Source: Batkoa obscura (Eukaryota). From it: DNA of 34,363 bases. Under the pieces are notes generated by a model that saw only the letters and a list, made by a program, of their open reading frames with translations, searched no databases and was not told where the DNA came from. A program made the position numbers and the translations under genes. This document shows, piece after piece, positions 1 through 11,922 of the stretch. The stretch is taken from assembly GCA_030770535.1 (NCBI GenBank), contig JASVEC010000187.1:1-34363 (forward strand), given 5' to 3'. The first letter of the stretch is position 1. The number at the start of each line of letters is the position of its first letter.

Positions 1-209
1 TTACCTACTTCGAATAGAACACCGCTTGAATATATTGATCATTTTTATTGGATCAATTTGATAATGGAAAGGAAACTGGAGGTAATAACAGTGCAGAAGA
101 AGAAGAGAAAGATGAGAATGAAGACAAAGAAGAGAAAGAAGTAGAAAAAGAAATTAAAGAAAATGGGGATGGGAAAATAAATGGAAACCATGAGATGGAA
201 AATAAATAG
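1..209 (+). CDS. Possible 3' end of a gene entering from the left (acidic, E/K-rich C-terminal tail)
   Basis: Purine-rich stretch reading ...DQFDNGKETGGNNSAEEEEKDENEDKEEKEVEKEIKENGDGKINGNHEMENK* (TAG 207-209). This frame has stops before ~position 38, so a frameshift or splice is needed. No family recognised. Confidence 0.35.
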
Positions 210-520
210 ATAATCAATATTTGTCTATTCTAGATTTAAGTCCCTTTTGGGAGGTAGCAGTTGGCCTTATTTATATTAAAAGTTAACTAACATTTTTAAA
301 GATTTTTGGCCTTTTGCTTTGATTATTTTGAAATTGTTTTTATTGTATTCTATTAACATAATTTTAATAGCTGAGTTCATTTAATTTTTATGTTAATATT
401 ATAAAAAAGGAAAAGACAAATATACTTCATAATTTCAATACCTTCACGACATTAAAATATTTATAAATAGAAAAGCAAAAACAAAACGTTTTCATATAGA
501 ATAATTTGCTATATTTTAAT

Positions 521-1921
521 CTAGGTTAAATTTAAAATATCGATAAACTGCTCATATAGAGGACCAATGTTTTTAGGATCAAATGTTGTAATTACAATTA
601 AAGGAGTAGAAAGTCTGTAATTGACATCAATCTCACCCCTTACTAAACAAAATTCTTCAATTTTAAGTACCTCAAGGTTTGGAAAGAGACACAGGAAATA
701 GAGGAAGGATTCAAATGAGGAATTGAACATATCTAAATGAACCTCTTTTATAGAGTAGTATTTAGGCGGGTAGTATCCCTTTTTATAAATATCATTTTCA
801 TCAGCTGTATCGTTATTATCAAATGTTGTATGATAACTAAATTTCATACTGGAAAAATAAATAGTATGATCGTTTGGTAAAGCAACTGGACGTAGTAGCT
901 TTTATTTAACTGTTTAATCCCAATTTCCTTTAAAGTCAATAATTCTAAGTACTTAAAATTAAAGTCATCCATTTTACTAAAATAACCCAAACATGTGGTA
1001 TTACTGCCCTTGGACAATATTCCGAAACTTTTATTATAGCTATATTCCTTAAACAATTCGTCTGACTCATTTATTAGTATAAAATCTCTTAGCTGTCTTA
1101 AAGCACCAAAGTATTCGATAATCTAATTATTAAATTTTCTCTGAATTTTTAAATCTACATTGCTGGAAATAAAACTTTGACAACACTCTAGTAATTTACG
1201 AATTACCACCAACTTTTCAAATTTTAGCTCTACAAATTTCAGCTACCTTTAAATGTTTCCATCTCATCAACAAGTAAAGTAGACTGACTACCTAGAATGA
1301 AACCGAAGCATCTTTAATTAGCTTTGTTGATTAAAACAAAGAGCAAGCTGATGGGCAAGAAAAAAAATCTTAACTTATTTCAAGCACTTCAAGTTGATTT
1401 ATTTTGTTCTTAAGTAACTCCGTTATTTGTAAATATTCAATTATCTCAATTCTTAGTTTATTTAAATTTGGAAACTTAACTATTAGTTTAAAATTTTCAT
1501 CATTATCTTATTTAAACCACTATTAATATATAGGGATGTTTTTTTGGCTTCATTACTTTTTCTATCTTTTAAGCGCTATTTGAGGGAAAAATTGTTAGTA
1601 AAATTCTTAAACATAAAAATACATCCCTATATATTGATTTTAAACTGGGTATACATTTATGAGTTCAAGAGTATCATAATTTACATTGACATATTTCATT
1701 TCGCTACCATGTTCATTGGCAGACTTTTCTTGGTAAATTTGATACACCTTTAACTTAAGTTGATTATAAATAGGGTAAATTGAGTTATATTGAATAGCTC
1801 TAGTTACAACGTTGTATAAATACTTGTTTAAAAAGCGTAAATTAAACAACTCAACTGGATCTAATTGGCTGCATATTTCTCTAAGTACAATTTCTAGAAG
1901 GAATTCAAATTTGATAGTCGT
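521..1921 (-). pseudogene. F-box protein pseudogene (probably F-box/LRR-like), interrupted by a MITE
   Basis: The N-terminus TIKFEFLLEIVLREICSQLDPVELFNLRFLNKYLYNVV fits the F-box pattern, with ACG at the expected start (1919-1921). Broken into ORFs 1640-1849, 844-1056 and 521-847, with a MITE at 1532-1628. Collinear with 5850-7166 (FLYFLCLFPNLEVLKIEEFCLVRGEIDVNYR vs FLYLLYLFSNLELLKMGEFYLVNGEININYR). Confidence 0.75.
1532..1628 (+). mobile_element. ~98-bp MITE family A, copy 1
   Basis: Ends AGGGATG...CATCCCT, ATAT TSD. Inserted in the F-box pseudogene. Confidence 0.9.
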
Positions 1922-2688
1922 TTAAAAATAAAACAAACTAAAGGAATGATGTTCTTTTTTTTCGAGTAAAGCTATTTCATCATCAGAGATCATATTGTTC
2001 TTTAAGTGTACAAATGACTATTACTTCTACTTTCAAAAAAACCAATCATTTGGTGCCATAATTGATATTTTAATAGACATATAGCCAAACCAAAAGGATA
2101 TTAATACAATATTAAAACAAAGAATGTTAATATTTTAAAAAAAAAAAACTAGATATTAATATCATTTTATTTAATCAAAATCCCAATAATTGCAAAAGCT
2201 ACATCTAATTATTGTTTTGATATTTTTAAATTGAAAAAATTCGATTATTCGATGTAAGGAGGATACTTAGTATTTGTATAGAAAATTAGCTAATTTTTAT
2301 ATGATATTTGTTCACTTGTTAGATTTAATAATTATGTTTTAAATAAAAAATCAATATACTAAAGGTTAATAAATGCTTACAATAATAATATTAATAAAAA
2401 ACATTTTCTAATTTCTTGGTACGGTTTAAAAAGTTTGTCACTTAGCTTTCATTTCAAACGCTTTATTTAAATTTTAACAAAAGGCCTTTGTTAATATCTC
2501 TGTTAGTTCTAACTAATTCAATTTTCATATTTATAGAATATTTTATAAAAACTTTATTCATTAACACTATAAACCAAATTTAAGTTATTTTTGCTTTATT
2601 TAAAACGGATGATAAGTTGAACTGACATAATCTTGTTAACTCAAAATAATAGGAAAAACTACCAACACAACCCAAGCAAGTACTCTTG

Positions 2689-3206
2689 TTATAAATTATG
2701 AAGATCATATCCCGTGGTACTTTCTTTAACAGCTTTTTTCCTTATAAAAAACCTTCAAATCTTTCTTCAGCTAATCTTTCAAACCTACAACTCTTAAATA
2801 ACTCTCCAAGTACCCTAACAATTGTTTTCCATCTATTTTTCCTTGCCAGATTTATTACACATATCCCCATTATAGCCTTTATCTAAACACGACCTACAAG
2901 GCTATCCGTTTTCCTTGCTTAAGCCATCTCAGCTGCATAGGACCTCAGATAACCTTTTAGACACCTAGGCATTCGAACATTTATATCTTATGAAACCAAT
3001 CTATTATCATAGATTAAACGTTATAGTCGATCAACTAAACTTGGTTAATATAGTTTATTTCTATTGTTTAATTTCAATTAATATTCTTCATACCCCTGTA
3101 ACTTGTATATTAATTCTTTTTTTACTTGATTATGAAGCCAATTGATATAATTTTCAACAGTAGACTTTATTTTGGTATATTTAAGATGAATTGCGTTTCT
3201 AAAGTC
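2689..3206 (-). pseudogene. Degenerate sulfite reductase (MET5) 3'-end fragment with internal deletion, left arm
   Basis: The minus strand reads DFRNAIHLKYTKIKSTVENYINWLHNQVKKELIYKLQGYEEY (MET5: [43 protein letters not shown]). It then reads Y*PSLVDRL*RLIYDNRLVS*DINVRMPRCLKGYLRSYAAEMA (MET5: [43 protein letters not shown]), LGELFKSCRFERLAEERFEGF and IRKKAVKESTTGYDLHNL* (MET5: IRTNIIKETTSGNNFHVL*). Contains stops and frameshifts. Confidence 0.85.
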
Positions 3207-3959
3207 GTACCAACTTTTGTGGTTATAGTTTAATTTATGTAAACTGATTATTATAATAGTTAAAAAATAATATAAAGGAAAATTTAAGATGGAATAAGTC
3301 ATTTCATAATGTAATAATATTTTTTCTTTGACATTTGAACTTTCTTATGTCATAGTCATTATTTATAGTTATATTTTTGGGTGCATAAAAAAATGAGAAA
3401 AATAAATAGAATGGGCAATTAGATTGAAATATAGCATTTCTTTGCTAAAAGTTTAATATGGAAATCAAGCTTACTTGGCAAATAGCGTTAACTAAAACAT
3501 TGATTTAATTTATTTTAATTTTATTACTATTGTTGTTATTATTCTGTCTAAATTAATATCGGAATTAAAAAATTAATCAAATACTCTACCATTATTAATC
3601 AAAAACAAGATAGAAGTTGTAAACTAAAAAAGATTATTAATGCAAAATGAGTTTTAAAAGGTTAGATAATAAAACTACTCTTAACTACATTAAGATCCCG
3701 AACTTTAATTAGATAATTTAGTCATAGTATCCTTTATATTGATGCATAATTGTTCTCGTAAAAGAACCCTAACTAAAGTATTGGCATCTTTAGCAATGAC
3801 GCTAGATAAAGTATATATCTTAATAAAACTTCAGACTTAAAATAATAAAAACTATGTCATGGCCAGACTCAAGTCCTTTATTTAATATTCTTTAACTAAA
3901 TAATATTAAATTATGAATTATTCAATCAAATTATTTATTAAATTATTAAATACAAAAAG

Positions 3960-3967
3960 TATATAAA
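3960..3967 (+). promoter_or_regulatory. Probable TATA box of the secreted cysteine-rich protein gene
   Basis: TATATAAA about 110 bp upstream of ATG 4075. The same motif is kept at the equivalent position upstream of the diverged paralog (~20125-20132, minus strand). Confidence 0.5.
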
Positions 3968-4074
3968 GCATCGATTAAACTCTTTAATATATCATACCAA
4001 CTCTTAGAACAAATACTACATATTGTATTTCCAAAACCATTAGTTTAGAATATAAAACATCTTGATAATATAAA

Positions 4075-4443
4075 ATGAAAACCTCCCAAGTACTCGCTGT
4101 TTGCTTCTATCTCTTCAACTCTATCTCATCCCAGACACAATATTCAGGTAATACTTGTGTTCAAAAAATAGATGTTCAAACTTCAGATCTCAAAAATGAA
4201 TGTTTAGCTAGAATCTCTTCTACCTTACAAACCAATTGTAGACCTGTTTATCAACATCGTGTTACTAATAGAAATACTTCTTGTGAATGTGTTTATAGAA
4301 CTTCCAATTGTAGAGCAAGAAACTTGAGTCATACTTTACAGGAATTTAAGAACAGTGACTCAAAATGTAGCCTTGGTTATTTCGCATGGCAGGAAGGTTG
4401 GAGAAATAGCGGATTTATTGAGTTCAACTGCAAAAAGAATTGA
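4075..4443 (+). CDS. Small secreted cysteine-rich protein (122 aa), copy 1; effector-like, unknown family
   Basis: Intact ORF with a hydrophobic signal peptide MKTSQVLAVCFYLFNSISS and 8 Cys in the mature part. Three copies in the window; the paralog has largely conservative substitutions. Confidence 0.88.
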   Translation: MKTSQVLAVCFYLFNSISSQTQYSGNTCVQKIDVQTSDLKNECLARISSTLQTNCRPVYQHRVTNRNTSCECVYRTSNCRARNLSHTLQEFKNSDSKCSLGYFAWQEGWRNSGFIEFNCKKN

Positions 4444-4618
4444 AGTTTGGGATTAGTTTTTTATATCAAAATAAAATTTAATTACAATTTCTTTTATAAC
4501 TTTAACTAAAATCTTGGTCTTTATATATAGTTTTTTAATATTTCAATATATTGTCATCAAATTAGTTGAATAAAGTATTTAAAAGTTCTTTAAATGAAGG
4601 AGGTCATCTTTGAAATAT

Positions 4619-4717
4619 GTGAATGTTTTTTTTGGCTTCATTATTTTTTCCATCTTTTAAGCGCTATTTGGGTAGAAAAATTGTTAGTAAAATTCTCAAA
4701 TACAAAAATACATCCCC
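4619..4717 (+). mobile_element. MITE family A, copy 2
   Basis: Family consensus (left end degenerate GTGAATG), ATAT TSD. Confidence 0.9.
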
Positions 4718-5160
4718 ATATGGTAAATCTAAACAATGAAATAAATAAAAATAAAGTTTATTAAATAACCTTACTAACATTTATTTAAAAAGCTCTCAAT
4801 TAAGTTAAAGAATATATTAATAGCCTATAATATCCTTGATTACATTGTTGAATTCAACTAGTAACCTCAATCTCCTTTTCCATACAAACAAAACATTAAT
4901 AATGAGTAAAAAATAATTTACTCCATGGTATTTTAAACAAATAGTTATATTAATTATCATGATATATAAGCACTTACTGGTACTAATGTCTAAGTCAATT
5001 TGATTGATTAGTAAACTAGAATTTTATTAAATCGTATAGTAAATACAATGAATAAAAATCAGCTCTAGTACTTCACTACAATACATATATTAGATTTTGT
5101 AAATTAATAAGAACTAAAACTTTATAAACTATATAATAGAGAAATAAACATAAATTTAAA

Positions 5161-5237
5161 TAATAAATAATAAATAATAAATAATAAATAATAAATAATA
5201 AATAATAAATAATAAATAATAAATAATAAATAATAAA
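5161..5237. repeat. (TAATAAA)11 heptanucleotide tandem repeat
   Basis: Perfect 7-bp unit repeated 11 times. Confidence 0.95.
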
Positions 5238-5849
5238 TTATTAAGATAAGTTTGTATCCGAAATATTACTATTGCTTATACTTATAAATATTAACTAACA
5301 AAGATACTATAACAAAAAAACAAAAATAAGTTTAAAAAAGAATGAAATAAATGGAAGAACAAATAAATAAACGTTGGAAAACATCAATAAATATAATGTC
5401 AATCTCAGATGTAGCACTTACAGAGCTTTTTTGACAAGTCGAGCGACCTTTTATAATTTTGGCCCTTATCAAATCCCATTATTTGATATAGTAATTTAGT
5501 TGCTGAAAAGACAACCAGTTTAAAATATTATATTAGTAAAGGTAACATCAATACATTTTAAATTCAAAAAATCTTCTAATTCGTTAATGCCTTCATTTGA
5601 AAAGGTTTATAACAAATTAAAAGGCTAAACTGCATTTAAGCTACTTCAGTTGTACCACCTAACTTTTTATTTCTTATAGTTTAAATTTAAAGTAATTCAT
5701 ATATAAATAACTACGTGAAAAGTGATATTATGTTATAATGTCAATACTTCACCCTATAATAGACGATTACAAATTATAAATTCATACATAAAAAGTTACT
5801 AAAAACTTTAAATAACATACTAAACTCATATGAAAAATAATTTATTAAA

Positions 5850-7166
5850 CTAAACTTTCATCGGAAATAAACTTGGAATTTGATCATATTGGTCATACTA
5901 GAAACCAACAGTTTTAGGGGTCGCAGTAGCAATTAAAATTAAAAGAGTATCGACTCTATAGTTAATATTGATTTCACCATTGACTAAATAAAATTCACCC
6001 ATCTTAAGCAATTCAAGGTTTGAAAAAAGATATAATAAATAAAGAAAAGTTCCAAGTGGAGTAACGAGGCGGTTCATATGAACTTTTCGAGCTGAATTAC
6101 ATTTAAGTCCATTACATTATAAATATTAAAACCAATTACATTTTGTTATTAAATATTTGTGAATATTTAAAATTCATATGAGAAAAGTGGATAGTATTGA
6201 TATTTGGTAATAAAGCAATTCTTTTTAATAAATCTCTATTTAATATTTTAAGATAAATATTTTAAGATAAATATCTCTTAAAGTTGGTATTCTTAAATAA
6301 TTCATATTAATTTTTTCTTTTAACAAGTAAACCAAAAAGGCCTAGACTTTTGATATTATATTCTTGAGATAATGGCTCACATTTTAGATTATGACAGCCT
6401 TGTTTAAGTAATTTATCCGATTCTTCCTTTAAACCCAACCTTCTTGTATGTTGTAAATCGCCAAAGCATCCAACGATTCCATTATTAAATTTACCGCTAA
6501 TTTTAGTCTCAATTTCATTAGAAACAAAGCCACAACAAGATTCAATCATTAGTGAAATTCTGATCTTTTTATTACATCTTGAACCCAATAATTTTAATCT
6601 TCTAGAGATCATCTTAATTGTATCAATTCTATTCATATATTGATAACATCCAGAGTGTAATTGAGATGTCTTTAATTAATATCTTTCAGTGAAATAAGGA
6701 ATAATCCTATAAATAAATACTGAGGCTCTAAAGATCTCAATTTGACCTACTTAATTTATAAATATATTAAATACTTGTAGATACTTGTTTAAATCAATAT
6801 TTAATTTTTTTATATATTCAAATATGATTACTCTAAGATTTCTATCAATGCTGCTATTACTATTCATCTTAAAATAGATGGATCCTAAATTGGGACATTG
6901 ATTTATAAGCTCAAGGATATTGTTATTGATATTAATATGAATCACTTTCTATAGGTATTCATTGATGAGCTTCACTTGATAATCTTTATACTTCTCTATA
7001 CCAGGTCTATTATAGATGGAGCGAGTTGAATTATATTGGATAGTCTTAACGGCAACTTTGAGCAAATACTTACTTGAAAAATATAGATCAAAAAACTCAT
7101 CTAGATTTGACTTCTTAGAGATTTCTTCAAGTACGATTTCTGGTAAGCATTCAAATTTGATGGCAT
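5850..7166 (-). pseudogene. F-box protein pseudogene, paralog of 521-1921
   Basis: AIKFECLPEIVLEEISKKSNLDEFFDLYFSSKYLLKVAV is an F-box motif. The ATG at 7164-7166 is out of frame with it. In-frame stops and frameshifts split it into ORFs 6949-7182, 6751-6945 and 6307-6636, and there is a 14-bp tandem duplication near 6243-6274. The C-terminus aligns with ORF 521-847. Confidence 0.78.
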
Positions 7167-7251
7167 TTATAAAAGCATACAAATTGAAGAAGAAACAATC
7201 AATTTATTTTTAGTTTACAATTTTTCAATTTTATGATCCAAGACAACATTT

Positions 7252-7348
7252 GGGGATGTATTTTGTATTTAAGAATTTTACTAACACTCTTTCCACTCAA
7301 ATAACACTTAAAAAATGGAAAAGTAATGAAATCGAAAAAAACATCCCC
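7252..7348 (-). mobile_element. MITE family A, copy 3
   Basis: GGGGATG...CATCCCC, ATTT TSD. Confidence 0.9.
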
Positions 7349-7801
7349 ATTTAAAAATAAATCTTATTTACCAAAGTAACTGTGGTTATTCTGTTTTAAA
7401 ATTAGCCAATAAAATTGATTATGGGTACTCCCTCCAAAAAGAGAACATGTAATTTAAAGTCGGTTTAGTAAACTAATACTAAAATAATAGGAATAAGAAT
7501 ATCTTTTTAAAATAGATATTAAAATAAATATCCTACCAAAAAGTCGCATAGCTTGTATTTATCTTCTCATTTGCCTCCATTTGTAAAAAAACTTTAACTT
7601 CCAGTCTATTATCTGATAGTTTTTACCTGTTAATAAAACATTTGGAAGCTCCTGCTTTTTGACTTATTTAAAATTATTGCTGTAAAAGTTGGTACTCAGT
7701 GGTTGAATTTAAGAGTAGTTCTTGTTTAATTAACTGGATGTAAGTCAAAAAGTCATAGCTTATATAACTAAAATACGTTCAAATTTATAGGAATAGCATA
7801 T

Positions 7802-7898
7802 GGGGATGTATTTTTGTGTTTAAGAATTTTATTAACAATTTTTCCGCTTAAATAGCGTTTAAAAATAGAAAAAACAATGAAGTTAAAAAAATACTCCC
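7802..7898 (-). mobile_element. MITE family A, copy 4 (nested in family B)
   Basis: Family consensus, ATAT TSD. Confidence 0.9.
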
Positions 7899-8123
7899 AT
7901 ATAATAAGCAATGAATTATATAAAGTAAGTAGAATAAAAAATATCATTGTAAATTTATATAGAATACTACAAGACTTAGTAGCTTTATTAAAAGTATGAT
8001 ATCAGAGAACAATTTGATCAAAAAGCCTTGAATTATTATGTTAGAAACTTTACTTTATATCTTAATTGAGTAGTTATAATTTATTATCATGATTACCAAA
8101 CATAAATATCAAAACAAGGAAAT

Positions 8124-8195
8124 GGGGCTGTTTTTTAAGCGCTATTTGAGTGGAAAATTTATTAGTAAAATTCTTAAGCACAAAAATACATCCTC
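8124..8195 (+). mobile_element. MITE family A, copy 5, internally deleted (nested in family B)
   Basis: Both ends present (GGGGCTG...CATCCTC), about 26 bp missing, AAAT TSD. Confidence 0.88.
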
Positions 8196-8275
8196 AAATA
8201 ATGTTTTTTGGAACTAAGTGATAAAAATCCTCCTAACAAATTAAAACAAAAAACTCTAAATTAGTTGTATTATAT

Positions 8276-8373
8276 GGGGATGTATTTTTATGTTTAAGAA
8301 TTTTACTAACAAATTTTCCACTTAAACAGCGCTTAAAAAATGGAAAAAGTAATAGAATAAAATAAAACACTCC
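8276..8373 (-). mobile_element. MITE family A, copy 6 (nested in family B)
   Basis: Family consensus, ATAT TSD. Confidence 0.9.
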
Positions 8374-8598
8374 ATATGAATTATAATTAATTACAAGCTG
8401 ATAAAGCAATATTTCACATTACCATAAAAACTTATTAAATAGCCTAAATATTATGAAACTCACTTCAATTTAATACCATTTTTTTTAAATGGATAATTGT
8501 TTAGTTTAAAAGGTATAGCTCTTTTAAAAGTTACTTAGCTTATATTATTTTTGAATTGTTATAATACTAAAGCCTAATTTTATAAATATCTAAAATAA

Positions 8599-8632
8599 GG
8601 GGATGTTCTTTTTGGTTCTATTACTTTTTTAT
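8599..8632 (+). mobile_element. MITE family A, truncated left end (copy 7)
   Basis: GGGGATGTTCTTTTTGGTTCTATTACTTTTT matches the first third of the consensus. No right end. Confidence 0.6.
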
Positions 8633-9290
8633 ATTATTAAATTATAATAAATTATATCAAAGCTGGGAATTTAAGCTTAATTTTTAGCAATAGGTAATAC
8701 TGTTATTCTAGTATTAATTGATAAATATTTATTTGAATATTAGTATAATTTTTAAAACTTTACCAGGATTTTTAATTAAAGTCAAAATAAAATCAAGATT
8801 TTAACTTTTAAATAAATAATTTAGTATTATATAAAATATTATTTTACTAACTATTAAATTAATTATATAGTAATTACTTAAATTAAATATTAGATATATT
8901 TGTAATTTTATTGTTGTTTCATCAGCTTTTAAAATTAAAAAATTTATTATTCATTTATTTTTAAAAAAAACATATCTCATAGATTATTTTGAAATTCCAA
9001 AAATTTAATTCAATCTAAAATTTTAAATGCCTAATTAAACCGAACAGCTATTTATTTTAAAAAATACTACTGAATTTAAGTTTTTTAATATTATAATACT
9101 TTTTTTTATCTTTCAGTTTATCAGTTTTATAAATACTTTCTTCTATATAAAAATACGATTAATCTTTTTACTGGAAATTCAGAATAATCCTTACTGTTCC
9201 AAAAATAAATCCTTAGTTTTAATTTAACCAAATTTTAATACTAATTTAAATTCTGTCCGTTTTTTAAGTAGTTTAAAATAGAAAAAATTT

Positions 9291-9388
9291 AGGGATGTAC
9301 TTTTGTATTTAACAATTTTATTAATAATTTTTCTACTAAAATAGCGCTTAAAAGATGGGAAAAGTAATAAAGCAAAAAAAACATCTCC
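9291..9388 (-). mobile_element. MITE family A, copy 8
   Basis: AGGGATG...CATCTCC, ATTT TSD. Confidence 0.9.
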
Positions 9389-9468
9389 ATTTGTTAGCTC
9401 AACCTTTAAATAAAAAACATATTCGTTAAATTCTTGAATAATTTGTTATCCTAAAACTTTATATATAT

Positions 9469-9567
9469 GGGGGTGTTTTTTTTGACTTCATTGTTTTTTC
9501 CATCTTTTAAGCGCTATTTTAGTAGAAAAATTGCTAATAAAATCCTTAAATACAAAAGTACATCCCC
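9469..9567 (+). mobile_element. MITE family A, copy 9
   Basis: GGGGGTG...CATCCCC, ATAT TSD. Confidence 0.9.
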
Positions 9568-11044
9568 ATATGCTTTTGTTCTATTTTCGATACTGTTATC
9601 TTGTATCCATTTTTTTTTGAAAAATCTAGTGTTGAATCAAAAAAGTTTTTACATTAAATGACAAAAAATTTCTTGTTATCAGGGCCATTAATTAAGTTAT
9701 TTACTTTTCAAAATATAACGTTATAATTGGGATAGTATTCAATAGAAACTGAATACATTTTGAAAAATTATGCAAAGAATCAATAATAAAGTCATAACTA
9801 ACTTTGATAAAGTTTATATTATATATACATATAACGTAGTCCAATTGATGCATTCGTATTCATAAAAACTATACAGGCAAATTGATCTCTTCTGTAAATC
9901 TTTCTTTATTGCTATTTATTTTATCATTTATTTTATTATTTATTTTATTGTTTGTTTATAAAACAAACTATCCTTTTAAACCTTATTAGTTACGTTAATT
10001 TAATTAATTCAAAGTATAATTTTATTTTGTATTTATTTATAAAGGCCTAAAACCTATCATTTCTATTTTTCAAGCATTAAGACTACCTTATCTTACTTTA
10101 TATAAGCTTGTTAGTCGGCAAATCACTGGATTGAGAACTTCATAGCCTTTGTGACTTACATATATGGATCTGTTATTTAAAGATTAGGTAACAAGATTGT
10201 TTTTAAGATTATGAGCGATTTAGAGCTCAAATATGGGTTAGTTTTATAAGGAGATTAATTAGATACACAAGCTTTAATGGGTTGTTATTACTTTCAAGGA
10301 CTCAAAGATGTTATAATGAGGCAAAGAATGATACGACATATAAAACTCCTAGCTGGAGTTAGGCAATAAAATTAAATAAGAGTAGTTCATTATAACTTTT
10401 TATTGTTATATGTTAGTTTATTATCATATCATTAACATATTATTTATAAACTAATATACTTTCAATTTACTATATCTGATGATTCAAATCATATAAAGTT
10501 AAGGTTGAATTAAATTAATTAAGATTAGATAATAATTAGTAATTCTAGAAAATAGCAGGTTAAAAGCATTAATTTTTGGGCAAAGAAAATAGACCATAAT
10601 TAATATAATAAATGCCAGTGTATAAAATTGTAAGTTTTAATCTAATTATGACTATACATAATATACCTCCTCATTTATGTAGAAAATAATAAAAGCCAAT
10701 CAAATACTAAAAAATCAAAATCTAGAATATAATAGCATCCTCAAACTAGCGTTTATTGTTAAAAATGAATTGATTAATAATAAAATGATGTCGGATCTAA
10801 GATAGCAGATAAAAGCATTAAACTTTCAAATATTAAATATTAAAATTAACCAATCAATTGCGATTTATCCCTGAAATTTCATCATTTGAAGTGATGATTT
10901 TACCATTCACCATAAAATCGATGAAATTTAAAATTTAAATGGTATCATTTAAAAAAGATGAATACTATAAAAGAAAAGAAAAGAAACTAAATAACAATTG
11001 AAAGAGTATATAAAAATTAAGAGACAAGAGAGTAAAAGAAAATT

Positions 11045-11872
11045 ATGACTTTGAACTACGATATAGACGATCACTTGTTAGAAACTAGTTTAGCTTCCTC
11101 GGATATCATCTATATTGCTGATGACAGCATTAACTATTCCACTAACCCTAAAATTCAACCCATCACTAACATCAATGACATATTATATCAAGAAAGTCCT
11201 GTTTCGACAATTTATTTAGCTCAATCACAATTACCTTATATTTATCCTATTTTATATAAATTAAACTCTACTTTAAATCAAAAAAAAGATATTTCAATTC
11301 ATATTAAAGTAATTATTAAAAATGTTTATGATGAAGAAATTGAGAATTTAATTAATATAAATCTAAATCAATTAAATTGGTTCACTACTAAAAGTGTTGA
11401 GGAATTCCTTAAAATTGAAGAGTATATCAATCAATTGAAGAATCAAATTACGGTACATTTGGTGGATGAAAAGGTGTTTTCTAGAGAGGAAGTTAAGATT
11501 AATGGAAATCAAAATGGATATGTAAATGGCACTGGTGAGAATTTTAAGTTTTTTAAATTTGATAAAAAGGAAGGAAGTGATATATTAACAATTCAATATA
11601 ATTTTGATTATGAGAATGAAGATAGTAGCAAGGATAAGAGTGTAATAAGTATTATACATATTAATAAGAAAGAAATAGAAGAATATTATCAATTAATTAA
11701 GAATATTAATGAATTAAAGATAATTGAAATCATATTAAATAATAATCAACAAATTAATACTGAATTTAATCAATTATATCATTTTATTTTACAAATACTT
11801 TATTTCAGTGAAGATAATATTATTAATGTAGATATTCAATTTAAGTATTCAAATAAGCAATTAGTTACTGGA

Positions 11873-11922
<50 letters not shown>

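Larger units (their letters stand above)
3061..4526 (+). repeat. Left arm core of a 1466-bp inverted repeat (partner 15408-16873)
   Basis: Reverse complement of 15408-16873. The coordinate sum is 19934 at both ends and at both identical ORF pairs. No mismatch found in the stretches compared by eye. Confidence 0.95.
7681..8418 (+). mobile_element. TGT...ACA element family B, old copy carrying three nested MITEs
   Basis: Starts TGTAAAAGTTGGTACTCAG and ends GCAATATTTCACA. Collinear with 17887-18286 once the MITEs are removed. Flanks TTGC/TTAC (4-bp TSD, 1 mismatch). Confidence 0.82.

Noticed and set aside
4800..4940. Mirror-image MET5 C-terminus inside the left arm's inner flank (RLRLLVEFNNVIKDII vs RFGDFVIRTNIIKETT)
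   Set aside because: The similarity is too short, the spacing is inconsistent, and it is within chance for AT-rich DNA.
9467..9661. Family of short ORFs like MGVFFLTSLFFPSFKRY (also 1544, 17392, 21769, 25856, 25938, 31164, 33177)
   Set aside because: These are read-through translations of the MITE. Similarity stops at the element ends.
10109..10437. Possible solo LTR (TGTTAG...TTAACA with TATAAAA and AATAAA inside)
   Set aside because: Single copy in the window and no matching TSD. It cannot be supported without a genome search.
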